Assembly: GCA_951406725.2 (NCBI GenBank)
Contig: OX597825.1
Location: 57,536,001 to 57,600,000 of the forward strand
Length of the DNA stretch: 64,000 nt
From: Octopus vulgaris
Taxonomy: Eukaryota
Direction: 5' to 3'
The translations under genes and the position numbers were made by a program. A model generated the notes under the pieces. That model saw only the letters and a program-made list of their open reading frames with translations. It had not been told where the DNA came from and did no database searches. Of this stretch, positions 12,072-26,402 are shown in pieces; the stretch's first letter is position 1; every line of letters begins with the position of its first letter.

Positions 12072-13718
12072 CCTCTATCGCTTACTCTCTCCCTCCCTCT
12101 CTGTATATATATATATATATATATATAAAAAAGACATTTCACGCTTGGAAACAGATGCTGCCAGACTATGTGACTTGTAATGTTTTCGACAGTTTCTAGA
12201 CAGCGAGGTCACTTGGTTTAGGTCATATTATCAGCGGTGCTACAGTGTGTGTGTGCGCGTGCGTGTGTGTGTGACAAATAACCGACACTTATCTACTGGA
12301 GCCCCTTCTTCAACTAGCTGCATATATGTATCATGTGGAGGAACAGATTCACCACTGTAAGCATCAGATGGTGGTTGATTTCCTGGATAGACCAGTGATC
12401 TCAACCATTTTATTTTGTCTACGGATCTCTTTGATTACCATCTTATCCCGGTGGACCCCCACCGCCATCCAATGTTTAGATACTAGTTTTATAGATACTT
12501 ATTTAAAAATTCCCATTTTGCTCTTCATACATTAACTTCTAATGTTAAATGTTCGAGAAAGAAATCTACCTGTTTCTTGTAATGAATGCACCCAAAGCAA
12601 AGTTTTTGTCATGGACCTTTGAAATCTCCAACTTGCTATTTTGCTTGTAAGAACATCCCCCAAATCTTATAGGGATCCCTAGGTGTCACATGGACCCCTG
12701 TTGGGAACCACTGGGATAGATGAAGAATCTACTAGCATGCACTGCTAGTCTCAAATGTTGCCAGGAATTTAACTTAATGTGGAAGTGGGAAAGAGAGAGA
12801 GAGAGAGAGGGGGGGAGAGAAAGAGAAAGAGAGAGTGAGAGAGAGAGAAAGAGAGAGTGAGAGAATCATACTCTTCAAATATGAGATTTCTTAGATACTC
12901 CACTTCAAAATATAATTACGTAAAATGCCATATGAATAATTACCAAACTCTTAAATTAGAATATATTATTTCTAGCAGTGCTTTAAACCCGAAAAAACAA
13001 TTTTCGGGTTATTAACCTCCAGAGAGAATGAACATATGGGTTTTCTCGCAACAGAAGAATCACAACTTTGTTCAGATTGGACCCCATTCTGCTTTGCTGC
13101 GGTTAGGATCATGTATGATTTGTAAGTCAGGCTGTACAAACACATGCACGCCCGCACGCACTCAGGCACGCACGCACGCACGCACGCCTGCACGCCCGCA
13201 CGCACTCAGGCCCGCACGCACGCACTCAGACACGCACGCACGCACATAGACATACAACATAGCACCACCACCACCACACATAATGTTTGGAAGAAATGTT
13301 TCGTATATATAAAGAAAATGTTTCTTTGTGAGTTTGGCGGCATATGAGTGTGTATGTGTGTATGCGTGTGAGTATATGTGTGTGCGCGTGTATACACATA
13401 TATGTACCTACATTCAAATATATGTGGCATTTCGCCATTTTTGTGGCTAATCAATATCACGCACCTGAATCGAACTTGAGACGAATTGAATCGCTATTTG
13501 CTGGTATGCCACGGCGATGCATACACATATATATAAAGACACCTATGTTTGCGTTTATACACATACCTTTTGTGATTCTAATCTCTGTTCTATCTTAGTT
13601 ACCCCTTTCATTCAGTACATATAGACACATATACACGTGCACACCTATATGTACAGGTATCCATAGTCCCTAACGATTAGGCTGCACACCTTCGCACACA
13701 GGTACATGCATACGTACA

Positions 13719-13804
<86 letters not shown>

Positions 13805-14039
13805 CCTATCTATCTGTCTGTCTGTCTACATACATACATACATGCATACCTACATACATACATACATACATACATACATACATACATACATACATACATA
13901 CACACACACACATACATACATACATACATACATACATACTTAAAATTTTCAAGCTATAACTAAGCCAAGTCCTAACACTAATATTTACGTTATTGTTGCA
14001 TTGACTCTGCCTTGAAATGGCAATATAAATTGAATACAC

Positions 14040-14926
14040 GAATGAATGAGACCAAAATGAGTGAAACTTAGGTAATTATGTGAGACTTGGAGAAAGCAGG
14101 GTAGCAGGTACTTTAGAGATCTTGTGACTTTGTAGCTAAATCCATAATTTTCTACGTGATTGACATTTGATGTACGAAAGATAGTAGAGATGGAATTCCG
14201 GAACTGGAAAGAGGAGAAAAAAATATTTCATCACGGATGTAGCAGATGCATATAGAAGAAAGGCGGAAGATAAAATCAAATATCAAATCCTCAACAAATC
14301 GGAAAATAAAAGAGTTTTAGCCTGGTTGAAGTATTTACAGCTGTATCCGTTTTAATGTAAGAGTTGTATTGTTAAGAGAGGGGAAAACCGTAGTATTGTG
14401 AAGGCCAAAATTATACGGACTATCCTTGGTTCCGATGTTGTTCAGCACAGGTGAAATGAGCAATACTGCCAGCCAAAGTTTTTGAATCTGTTGTAGACCC
14501 TCTCCTTGAAGTAAGGAGTGTTCTGGTCTGAATATTGTATGTGTTATATACGAGATGGCATCAAAAAGTTTAATAAAATATAACTTGTAGTAAAGATTGT
14601 TTGCCAACATCACACGGTAGTCCTGGTTTAGGACTAATGTTGCTGTAATTTAGCCCCAGGAGACATCGTCTCCAGCTGGCTATACGACATGATCTGTGTC
14701 CTTATATTTTCGAACAAGGGAATCTAGCATCCCTACGCAGCTCAAAACAATATCTGTGTATCACGATTTCTGGGTTATTTCTCTTCATCCACACAGAATA
14801 TATAAGGACACAGATTGTGTCGTATAACCAGCTGGAGACAATGTCTCCTGGGGCTAAGTTACAGCAACATTAGTCCTAAACCAGGACTGCCATGTTATGT
14901 TGGCAAACAATCTTTACTGCAAGTTA
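14040..14926. mobile_element. Repeat remnant ending in an inverted duplication (arms 14581-14708 and 14798-14926)
   Basis: Arms are reverse complements. Arm sequence is related to ~11745-11815 and the body to ~20420-20720. Confidence 0.6.
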
Positions 14927-14984
14927 CTGTTGCGGAATATCTCACGCTGTGAGATTTTAAAAATTGGTAATTTTCTAAAATACA

Positions 14985-15850
14985 ACTTACTTATTTACTT
15001 AGGTTTTAACATCATTTCTTTCGAAATAGTCACCTTGCACAGCAATACACCGGTCCTAGCGTTCCTGACACTTTTGGGATCCAGCCTGGAAGTCATTTTC
15101 CGGAAGCGGGTCAAGGACCTTTTGCGATCCGTTTTGGATTTCGACAACGATGTTAAAACGGCGACTTTTGAGCTGCATTTTCATCTTGAGGAAGAGATGG
15201 GAATCTGCAGATGCTAAATCTGGGGAATAGGGTGGGGGCAGAAGCGATGCTATGTTGACTTTGGTGAGAAACTCACGGATGATGGGAGCTAGATGATAGG
15301 ATGCATTGTCGTCGGGAAGAATCCAATTCTTCGAGCTCCCCAGATCTGGTCGCCTTCGCCGAATGTCCTCTCTTAAACGCTTCAAAACATCGCAGTAGAA
15401 CTCTCAATTGACGGGTCTGGAGGATGAATTCTCGATACACAATACCACAGATGTCGGAAAAAAAAATAAATAAAAGAACGATGAGCATGCTCTTGACTGA
15501 GCTGCGGCTGTGTCGTGCCTTCTTTGGTTGTGGAGATGAAGGGCTCTTCCATTGTGATGACTGCTGCTTTGTCTCAGGGTTGTACCCGTAGACCCAACTC
15601 CCGTCACCGGTGATAATCCTCGACATGAAGGATGGGTCATCATTGGCACGCTGACGGAAATCTTGATAGACTGAAGCATACACGTGATCACAAAAACACA
15701 AATTTCACAACTTGCAAAGTAAACACAACGATGTCACTCGGCACACTGCCTCCGCAAGATCACTGCTAGCTCTCACTACGCACGCAGCCGTCTGCTGCCA
15801 TCTGTTGGCGCGCTACAGAACTAGTCCGGGACTCTTTTGATACCACCTCG
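14985..15850 (-). mobile_element. Mariner transposon remnant
   Basis: IITGDGSWVYGYNPETKQQSSQW, DDNASYH and PPPYSPDLASAD motifs. TA-CGAGGTGGTATCAAAA terminus at 15850. Confidence 0.9.
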
Positions 15851-15954
15851 TATACACACACACGCACGCACACATACGCGCGCGCACACACACGTACCCG
15901 CACGCGCACATACACGTACCCGCACGCGCACACACACACACAAATTTATTTTAT

Positions 15955-16348
15955 CTTTTACTTGTTTCAGTCACTTGACTGCAGCTGGGGCACCGCCTTG
16001 AAGGATTTTAGTCGAACAAATCGACTTCAAGACTTATTTTTAAAGCATGATACTTATTCTATCGGTATCTTTTACCGAATCGATAAGTTATAGGAACGTA
16101 AACATCCCAGCACCGATTGTCGAATGGTGATGGTGGAAAAACACAGACACAAAGACACGCGCGCGCGCACACACACACACACACGCACACACACAACAGG
16201 CTTCTTTCAGTTTCCGTCAACCAAATGCACTCACTAGGCTTTGATCGGTCCGCGGCTATAGCAGAAGACACTTGTGCTACGCAGTGGGACTGAACCCTGG
16301 ACCAGTGGTTGAGAAGCAAGCTTTTTACCACACAGCCACCTCTGCACC
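15955..16348 (-). mobile_element. SINE family C copy
   Basis: ttttacttgtttcagtca tail, internal (CA)n, and head ending ttaccacacagcc. Confidence 0.8.
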
Positions 16349-16370
16349 TATCATGTTTTGTCTACATACA

Positions 16371-16493
<123 letters not shown>

Positions 16494-17149
16494 GTATGTA
16501 TGTATATTGATATACAGAGTAAGTTGCCTGGTGGCAGATATTTGACAAATAGAATATGAGTTAACAATTAGCGAATGATTCAATAATCAGTGAATTATTT
16601 CTTAATTACTACATGATTTAATAAGTGTATAAATTGGCAAGTAGAATATGATACAATAATTCTTTTCTACTCTAGGCACAAGGCCTGAACTTTTGGGGAG
16701 GGGCCAGTCGATTAGATCGACTTAATTTATCGACCCTGAAAGGATGAAAGGCAAAGTCGACCTCACTTAATAGCCCTCACCGTTTATTTTTACTGTCTTG
16801 TTCTCACTGTTCAGTTCCGCAAAAAGTCCCAAATTTTATTTAATTTACTTTACGGGAAGGACTTTTTCAACGAAGTCGCGTATTGTCCTTGCCGTCGAAC
16901 GCGTTGTAGATGAAACAAGACAACTGATGAAGGGGAATATTATTTATGTTGCATGTCTCGTTTCTTTGTTCGTTTGTTTTTTGTTGTTCGAAATTAAGTT
17001 CGTTTTCTATGTTTTTGTTTTTATGTTTTCGTTTCGCATTGTGTTCAACGTTTTTTTTGATGTCCTGTACCCATATATTCATGTTGATATACATATATAT
17101 GTAGGTATGTACATATATGTATGTATATATGCATATATTTATATTATAT

Positions 17150-17197
<48 letters not shown>

Positions 17198-17319
17198 CTG
17201 GGAAAACAGCAGAAATATTGTTTACGTATGTTGTTGCATATATATGTGTATGTATGTATATATACATATACATGTATAGGTATGTATGTATGTATGTATA
17301 AAATACAAAAAAGTGCAAC

Positions 17320-17950
17320 AAAACACCCAGATAGACGATACAAAGAAAACAAGGACGGGTCATTCGAAGTTTTCTATCCTCAGTTGAGTTCCTGATTATC
17401 TTTGCAATTTCGGCTGGTTATACTCGAGATTGCTCCAATCTGGCCAGCCCCAAAGAAAAAACTAAGCTAAGAGCATTAGATTCCTTGGAAGAAAGCAGCG
17501 AATGTGTACGAAAACAAGGACGGAAAACAAAAACGGAGAAATATTACACAAATACAAATAACAGGACATAACAAGAGGTATCTTTCGACTAAGGACGAAT
17601 GTAATTAAGCTGGTGTGTGTGAAAGTAAAGCCTTATGGCAGGGACATAGGATTTGACAGGCACAGGGAGGAATATAGCTGTTGCACAGATGGTAGTCGAA
17701 CCAAGAAAGAAAGGTCAGGCTTGGCCGAACACCGGTCACGTGAGGAGAGGAGAGAGAGAGAGAGATAGAGACAGGGGGATAGAAGAATTAAGGAGAAGCG
17801 AGAAAAAAATGAAAGGGACGCAGTGAAGTGAAAGAGGGGGGAAAGTGAGCATGAAGAGAAGACCAGGAAATGTGAGAGAAGGTGAACGAAAGAACGAAGA
17901 GTGGAATGACCGAAGTAATTGTGAAGGGGCTCATAGAAAGGAAAGGATAT
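17320..17950 (-). mobile_element. Diverged relative of the 10598-11576 element
   Basis: Shares gacgataca...aatttcggctg...gccagccc...aaaaactaagc, the gtcacgtga motif and the GA-rich tract. Confidence 0.7.
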
Positions 17951-18155
17951 ATATATATATATATTGTCACGACTATTGAAAAGGTTGCAAGACGCAACGA
18001 AAATTTTAGGAAAATAAAAATATTAAATAAGGGGAAATTTTACCGGTGAGTGTGTTAAATTATGCGGCCCAAAAAGAAAATGACTCTCCCCAGACACTAC
18101 AGAATATGCTTCAACACACGAACATAAAGAATCTTGCAAACCAAATCCAAAAACG

Positions 18156-18194
<39 letters not shown>

Positions 18195-18197
<3 letters not shown>

Positions 18198-19007
18198 TAT
18201 TATAATATATATATAAACGGCAGTTTGTCTGTCTGTGTGTCTGTGTGTCTGTCAGGTTGTACCCTCACTCTGACCACGGCTTTCAACCGATTCTGGTGAA
18301 ACTTGATACACACGTAGCCCAATGTCATAATTCAAAACTAACGCAGCGAAAATTTTGAAAAGTTCCCCCAGTTCTGAAAAAAATCGATAAATTCGACATG
18401 GGTCGAGAATCTAAACTTTTTATATGCAACACATTGTCTACAGACTGTCTAGGGGACGCAACTCGACCTTTTTAACTCTCGGAACACGTGGGGTAAGTAT
18501 CCCAAAATGTATAAAAATGTACAAAAACGGCAAAAAAGCGGGCAGCAATGTGGGTGACAACAACGAAAAAGTCAAAAGTGACCAAACTGAACAAACGAAT
18601 GGAAAAGGTTTTTTGATGCACACGACAAAAGCGGTTTATAATAAACCAAGAGTTTGCAAGTAGCGTCCGAGGACCCTTAGGGTACATCAAAAATTTAAGG
18701 TAAAACGTTTGGGGTGGTAGTTATAAAGAAAGTGTAAACAAAAAAAGTATTCGAATAACTTGCGGCTGCAGCAGCTATTAGCAGAAGTGGCGGTGTTGGG
18801 GGTAAAGTCTCGAATGTAATTTCTTCCTGGTAGGAATTGGTTGGGTTGAATTATCGATAGCTGTTTGATAGTTATTTAGGAGTGAAGAGAAGACATTGCA
18901 ACCTATACATGCGCCTTCGTTCCCTAGAGGGAAAGGACTAGATTGGGATTAGTCGTTGCCTACTAGGGGCTCTTACATACCCGGGCAACGCCGGGCTATG
19001 CTGCTAG
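18195..19007 (+). mobile_element. Non-autonomous Helitron
   Basis: 5' TC, (TGTC)-type tract, 3' hairpin cccgggcaacgccggg, terminal CTAG, inserted between A and T. Confidence 0.85.
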
Positions 19008-19659
19008 TATATATATATATATATATATATATGAATACATATTATATATGTACATTTATATATATGTGGATAAGGCGTTGGAGGTGTGAAACGTCTGACC
19101 GTGTACTACTTCTAATGCTGGGTGTGTCAACTATTTGTTGTCCCATGAACGAATAACTATGCGACGTCACCCCTCTTTGACCTGGTGATTCAACATGTGT
19201 AATATGCAAAAAGGTTTGCAAGTCTGAAAAGATATATGACAGTACACAAAAATATCCCACAAAACGACCCGATCAGTCCAGTGGTAGTTACAACCTTCAC
19301 GTGTCACCTATGTTTAAATCAAGCAGATCTGCTGCAGGACCCAAAGGTCATTTGAAAGGTCATGGACGGGAAGTCAGAGAAATGCTATTGGCACGAGGAA
19401 GCACAGAGACACAGCAATCACCTGTTAATATGGAGTAATCATCGCATATAAGGCTATGGCGGACTCTACCGTCATAGACGACGTATGAGTGTTCAGCGAG
19501 AAGACATAAAAAATCCAGCCAAGATAATCAACAACACACTCACATTACCATTACTCTCATTCACCTGTGACTCTGTGGTGGAAGGAAGGTCAGAAGGAGG
19601 GAGAGGTGACGTCACGTCGGCGAGTAAGAAGTGAATTTCCCCTTTTTCTTCATGCTGTC

Positions 19660-20230
19660 AGCGATAGAGGTGAAGAGGTGGATTAAGGAGGGCATTCTGA
19701 TGCCATGGAGTGAAGAAACAACGGGCGGGGTGCTGCCGTTGATGGCTGTGGTTCAGCCGACAAAGAATAAAGTTCGACTGGTGCTAGACTTCAGGAAAAT
19801 GAACGAATATGTGTCCTGTCATATGGGTTGTGAGGTAGCAGACGTGCGTGGAGAAACCCTTCGAAAGTGGAGGCGAATGAGGGGGAATGACTACGATAGG
19901 CGACCTCAACACGGCCTATGTGCAACTCCATGTATCAGAGAAGTTGTGGAAATACCAACTAGTGAGGTACAGGGGTAGAACGTACTGCCTGACCCGACTG
20001 GGCTTCGGCCTGAGTTCGACGCCGAAGATCGTGGCGAAGGTCCTCAAGGCGGTTTTGAGCAAAGAGGCCAAAGTGGAGCAAGCTACCAGTTCATATATCG
20101 ACTATAACCTGGTAGATGAGAATGTGGCGTCGGCAGAGGAATCGTGGACCATCTTAGGAGCTTAGGGCTGACAACAAAACCGCTAGAGGCTATAGAAGGA
20201 GAGACGGCGCTGGGGTCAGACTCGAAAGAG
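19660..20230 (+). pseudogene. LTR retrotransposon reverse transcriptase fragment (same lineage as 5590-8524)
   Basis: LPLMAVVQPTKNKVRLVLDFR, DLNTAYVQL, YCLTRLGFGLSS and SYIDY (decayed YIDD). Frameshifted. Confidence 0.85.
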
Positions 20231-21711
20231 ACAAAGTGGATAAAATTATGTGGGTACGTAAAAGAATAGGACTAAAATATGAAGAGCAGAAGAGATCATG
20301 TAAGACTCACAGAAAGTAGGGTATGAGGTGCTTTCTGTCGACATGGGATTTTGTGAGTTTGGAGCAAGATACTTAATGGACATGGAAAAGTTTTCAGAGT
20401 TGGAATTTGGGAATGCTTCATCACGGATACGGCAGACACTTGCAAGAGAAGACGGAATCTGAGAGCAAATATTAAATCCTTAACGAATCGTAAAATAAAA
20501 ACAGTTTTATTCTGATCGTGTTGTCTTCAATTGCATCCGGTTTGGTGTTTTAACTGAGGGAAAAAACCCACTGCAAAGTCCGAAAGAATGCGGACTCTCC
20601 TTGGTCGTGACATTGTCTTTCAGTTCAGGTGGGATAAGCGATAGTTTCCGAATCCATAGTGTCTACTTGTCTATAGCTGATGTAGGGAGTATCCGGGTCT
20701 GAAAGTTGGATGTAAAATATATACGAATTGATATTCAGAATTGGTCGTCTGATTGTGGATATTTAACAATTAAGGTGATTTGTCAATATGTGTATGGTGT
20801 AACACTTTGTTTATAGTGTATGAGTCGACAAATAATATTTGCGTTAAGAGTTAGAGAGCATGCTCGAGTCCATTACACGATACATTGTGAAGAATCTTTT
20901 ACCACAACCATGGATCAATCATCACCTTCTGAGTGAAATATGGTAGACGGAAACTGCATGGAAGTCCATAGGAGGAAAGGTGAATCTTCTTGGAATTAGA
21001 CTTCGTATATCATCCTATTTAACATCGTTACCTGTTCCTCCGAGACGTCTTTAACGGAGAGCACTCTGTTGTAACTTTGCGTTTTACCTCGCTTCCAATT
21101 GTAGGGATTCTGACCCCAACCGCCGAGATATTAGGTTAGGAATAACGAGTGAACACCACAGTTTCACGGGATTGATCTATAAATCGACCAGTCAGTACGA
21201 AGCTGTGGTGTGACACGGTTCATCGGATGATCTAAAATTCGCCCCCGTTTTCACCCAATGAAAACTCTCTGGTGCCTAACTCAGCCAGATGGCCTCGGCA
21301 TACAACTAAAACCAGACGGCTTCTGTAGGCTGCAAAGATAAGACAGACGCGTAGACCAGGTTGGATACTCACGGAAGGCAGACTGCCACAACCAGACGGC
21401 CTCGGCAGACTGTTAAAACCAGACGGCTTCTGCAGACTGCTAAGATAAGATGATCTCGGGCATTCGTTGGGTACTCACAGAAGGCAGACTGCTAAGACTA
21501 AACCATCTCGAACAAGAAATGACTTCGGACATTCGGACACGATGCCCAACAGCTAGCCTTCTACAGACACACAGCTGTTTCTTCTTCCTAGTTGGCGGTT
21601 ATATTATCAGCATAACTTTTTTTGGTAAACAGCCGACGCAGTAAACCATGTCCAGCAATAAATATGTTAAAAGTTAATTTTGTGAGTCTGTTCAGTTTGT
21701 TACGCACAAAG

Positions 21712-22272
21712 CCGGCTGGGAAAAACTTCCTCCCGCTCCCCCCACTCGCCATTTCCTCGCAATTTTTTTTTACCAAAAATACTGATATTCCGGAAAATTG
21801 CCAAAAATCGGCATTTTGAAATATCTGAACCACCATTCCGCCATTCCCCGCAATTTCTTCGTTTTTCACTTTTTCCTTAACTCTAACAGTAACCCTACCC
21901 CTAAAACCCAAACCCTAATCCTAAAACTCTAACCTTAACCCTAAAATCCTAATCCTAACTCTAACCCTAAAACCCTAACCCTAACCCTAAAACCCTAAGC
22001 CAAACCCTAACCCTAAAACCCTAACAGTAACCGTAACCCTAACCTTAACAACAAAAATTTTTGGAAATTTTTTTCAGAATCATAATCTCCGTATTATTCC
22101 GCATATTTTGAAAAACAAAAGTTTCAAAATGCCGATTTTTGCCAATTTTTTTGCAGATTCGTATTCTCCGTAGCCGAAAACGGAGGTTTGTGTATATATA
22201 TATATATAAATTAAATAAAGAAAGTTTTTTGGGGTGGGGGGAGGTACAAAAGGAAGTCTTGCCGCCAGCTGG
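21712..22272. mobile_element. TIR/foldback non-autonomous element carrying a telomere-like tract
   Basis: Imperfect terminal IR (ccggctgg..aaaacttcct / aggaagtctt..ccagctgg) and inner IR (aaaaatcggcattttgaaa / tttcaaaatgccgattttt). Confidence 0.6.
21891..22050. repeat. Degenerate interstitial (CCCTAA)n / (CCCTAAAA)n tract
   Basis: Directly visible, e.g. aaccctaaccctaaccctaaaaccctaa. Confidence 0.85.
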
Positions 22273-22404
22273 ACCACACGACGATGGTTTTCAAAGACAC
22301 AACACACACCATAGCGATGGTAAACCATTGATACTTGCAACACTGCCCCGGATACACTGTAAATAGCATGGAGGACACTGATCTTCCTTCTCTGAGTAAG
22401 CTAT

Positions 22405-22779
22405 GGAAGCACTCCGTCGGTTACGACGATGAGTGTTCCGGTTGATTCGACCAACGGAACAGCCTGCTCGTGAAATTAACGTGTAAGTGGCTGAGCACTC
22501 CACAGACACGTGTACCCTTAACGTAGTTCTCGGGGATATTCAGCGTGACACAGAGAGTGACAAGGCCGGCCCTTTGAAATACAGGTACAACAGAAACAGG
22601 AAGAAAGAGTGAGAGAAAGTTGTGGTGAAAGAGTACAGCAGGGATCACCACCATCCCCTGCCGGAACCTCGTGGAGCTTTAGGTGTTTTCGCTCAATAAA
22701 CACTCACAACGCCCGGTCTGGGAATCGAAACCGCGATCTTACGATCGCTGCCCTAACCACTGGGCCATTGCGCCTCCAC
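22405..22779 (-). mobile_element. SINE family A (tRNA-derived) with TSD gagtaagctat
   Basis: A/B-box head TGGCCCAGTGG / GGTTTCGATTCC. 11-bp TSD at 22394 and 22780. Confidence 0.92.
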
Positions 22780-23199
22780 GAGTAAGCTATATCACAACAC
22801 ACACCATAAGACTTTTAAATTAGTTTTTTCTGAGTAATCGTTTTAGATTTACTTATATGAAATTCTGGTACCGTAAGCTGTACTGAGAGCGTTAGATTTA
22901 CCACGTTGATGTGACTGAATGAAGACTTGCTGGATTCTAATATCGATTTCAAATTTTGGCACAAGGCCAGTAATTTCGGTGGAGGGGATAAGTCAACATT
23001 AGTGTACTTATTTTATTGGCCACAAAAGGATGAAAAGCAAAATCGACCTCAGTGGAGTTTGAAATCAGAATGTAATGACAGACGGAAAGCCGCCAAGCAT
23101 TTTACCTGGCGTGCTAACGATTCTGCCATCTCGCCGTCCTCATGCTGGGTTCTAATATAATCACCAATATTTAATTATTCTCTTAAACTAATTAGCAAA

Positions 23200-23362
23200 G
23201 GCATTCCTTCAGAGATGGTATCACCAAAGTGAAAATGAAAATTGTTGTTTTATATGTTTGTTCTGTAAATTTTTTTCTTTCTTTTCTTTTTCAGTTCACA
23301 CACAGACCTATACATACATACACACATACATACATACATACATACATACATACATACATACA

Positions 23363-23397
<35 letters not shown>

Positions 23398-23545
23398 GCA
23401 CATACACAAATACGTAAACAAGCGATTCGTGAAACCAAAGAATAATGTATGTGTATGTGTGTGTGAGTGAGTGTGTGTTTGACTGCTCAACTCGTTCGTG
23501 GGCACGAAAGACAATGAGTGTGTGTGTGTATGTGTGTGTGTGTGT

Positions 23546-23578
<33 letters not shown>

Positions 23579-24275
23579 GGCGCGTGCGTGTGACCGTGTG
23601 AAAAAAAAAAGGACAAATTTTTTTAATAGAAATTGCCGACCAAATAGATAAAAGAGAATAATTTTGGCATTCTTTCGATATAACTCGACAAAATCAAAAC
23701 TTTTCACTTGGAGTATTTCCGTGGGTTGGGGAGTATAGATATAACGAAATTATGCCAGCAATGTCTCATTTTAAACTTGAAGAAAAAAAGCCTTGGTATA
23801 TTTGATAACCACATCTACCAGAGCTGTTTGCTTACTGCTTACCCACGCTGTTTAAAATTTTCACAAAATAGCTGTCTACGTCACAGTAACACTATGCAGT
23901 TAATGATTTCAAATGAAAACAGACAAAACGATTGGTTAAAATTCGCAGATTTAAACTACGTTTAAACTTATAAAATACATTTTTCTCAAAAAAACTAGTT
24001 GAAATTACTGTTTCCTTTTGACACATTCTACCAGTATACGAAGTTTCAAATTATTTAGTTAACTAGAAAAATCTGAAAAATCTGGCCTTCAAAATGAAAA
24101 GATCCCATGTGTGTATGTAAAATCCGCAAATTTCCAAGCAGAAAACAGAATCGAACTGTCGTTTGCTTCCACGGAAATACCCGAAGTGAAATGTTTTGAT
24201 TTTGTCGAGTTATATCGAAAGAATGCCATAATTTTTCATTTTCTCTTTCGTGATGCCATTTCTGAAAGGATGCTG
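23200..24275. mobile_element. MITE-like remnant(s) with inverted repeats
   Basis: 23666-23724 is the inverse of 24169-24228, and 23201-23245 is the inverse of 24230-24273. Confidence 0.55.
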
Positions 24276-24983
24276 TTAGCCACTCAATTAACATCGGCCA
24301 ATTTGTGGCAGAATGGGTCCCATGAAGTAGCTTCTACTTGTCGTGCGACGGGGTAGAAATAGCAGCCGACTAAGTTTTTATAAAATATTGTCTTAAACAA
24401 TGATACGTTACATGGGGAAGTCCTACACTACCGTCACCAAATAAGACGTGACTGTCATGACTGGATTAAATCTTTGATGATATGTCTGTTCGCAGAGGAT
24501 TCATCTGGGACTAAACAACAAAAAACAATGTCATCAACATCAACAACAACAATAACAAGAACAGCAACGACAACAACATCAACACAACAAAAGCCTTAAA
24601 ACAAATATAACAACAACAGCAACAACAACTATACCACTAACAAAAGCAACGGCAAAGAAAGGGATATTTTATTCTAGTTGTTGACCGATATGCAGACAGA
24701 ACATGCGGGGTTCTAACCACATCAAACCCCACTTAGACGTCACAAGGTCGTATAAGAGACCTCTGTAGTTTTCATAACCATATGGACTCTGTAGGGGAGA
24801 TAACTCCAATATTGTTTTATAGTGATCTACAAGATATTATTTCCTTATATGGAACTCATTAACATAACAGTAGGCGTTTTATTCTTTCAGTGCTTCACGA
24901 ATGGCACCTCAAAGTCTAGTATCTTACACTTCGTGGTGACACCCGATATTAAATTTAACTTTTCTTTACAATATATATTCTTT

Positions 24984-25065
<82 letters not shown>

Positions 25066-25081
25066 TGTATGTATGTATGTG

Positions 25082-25135
<54 letters not shown>

Positions 25136-25602
25136 TGTATATATATATATACATACATTATTTGCCTTATTTAAATTTGACGGATATATATATATACGGC
25201 AAAAAATAATTTTTGTATCTTTTTATGGAAACAAAAGGGCTTATAGGACTGCAAAAAAGAAGTGCTCAAATGTAATTGAGACAGAGTTAAAAAAAAACAT
25301 TGATCATAAAACAAACATCAAATTCGAGTCAACGACTTTATAATATATAACACCATACCTCCAAACATTTATTTGTACACACACACACACACACACACAT
25401 TAGTTTTTCCTTGGGGCTGGCCAGATTGGAGCAATCTCAAGATTAATCAGCCGAAATTGCGAGGATGATCCGGTTCTTGACTGAGGATAAAAGGCTTCCA
25501 ATGACCCGTCCTTGTTTTTTTATCATCTATCTGGATGTTTTGTTGTCCCTTTTTGTTTCACCTAGTTGTCCGGATGTTTTGCGTTCTTGTCCCATTTTAT
25601 AT

Positions 25603-25669
<67 letters not shown>

Positions 25670-25670
<1 letters not shown>

Positions 25671-26300
25671 AATGTAGGATAACATTTTTCGAAAAAAATT
25701 CTATCAATGGTCAGCATATTAAATAAATACCTTTAAAGGTTAAATTTATAAACAATTTATAAGTAAGAGCAAAAGAAAAAAATTCTAATGCCAAAATATG
25801 CCGAAAATAGACACAACGTCAATAACCATTATAATTCGTCACGAAAAGCACGTGTTTCAAAGAAAGCCGACAGAAATTTCTAAAAAATTCCGTTATTATC
25901 ATATCGGACCCGATTTCAGAGTTAGTTCATAAGAACCTTCCCTTCATCATTGATAAATGCGGTACAGAAATAAATGAAATACTTACTTACACCCATGGAA
26001 GAAGCAAACACGAAGTCATGAACACAACTAAGTACCCCAAATATATCCAAAATAGAAACTCTCTAGCTCACCTCGAGAAACGTGCGATTCGAACTGAAAA
26101 ACTCTCGTAAAGTGAGAGAGTCCGGAAGTGAACACTATTAAATTAATATCTAATGTAGGATAAAATTTTTCGAAAAAAATTCTATCAATGGGCAACGGGA
26201 TTTTTTAGAAATTTCTGTCGGCTTTCTTTGAAACACGTGCTTGTAGTGACGAATTTTCGGCATATTTTGGCATTAGAAATTTTTTCTTTTGCCCTTACTT

Positions 26301-26306
<6 letters not shown>
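25670..26306. mobile_element. PLE-type fragment with direct and inverted terminal duplications between (TA)n tracts
   Basis: 25670-25710 repeats at 26151-26191. 25753-25890 is the inverse of ~26198-26307. Confidence 0.7.
25902..25955 (-). ncRNA. Degenerate hammerhead motif (C3>A)
   Basis: tatca ATGATGA a GGG...CTCT GAAA TCGGG TC cgata. Confidence 0.5.
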
Positions 26307-26360
<54 letters not shown>

Positions 26361-26402
26361 TATGGTGATACAAAGAGGAAAATTAGAACTTAAAATATGA
26401 GT

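Noticed and set aside
21891-22050. True telomere or chromosome fusion site
   Set aside because: Short, degenerate, single orientation and enclosed by transposon-like inverted repeats.
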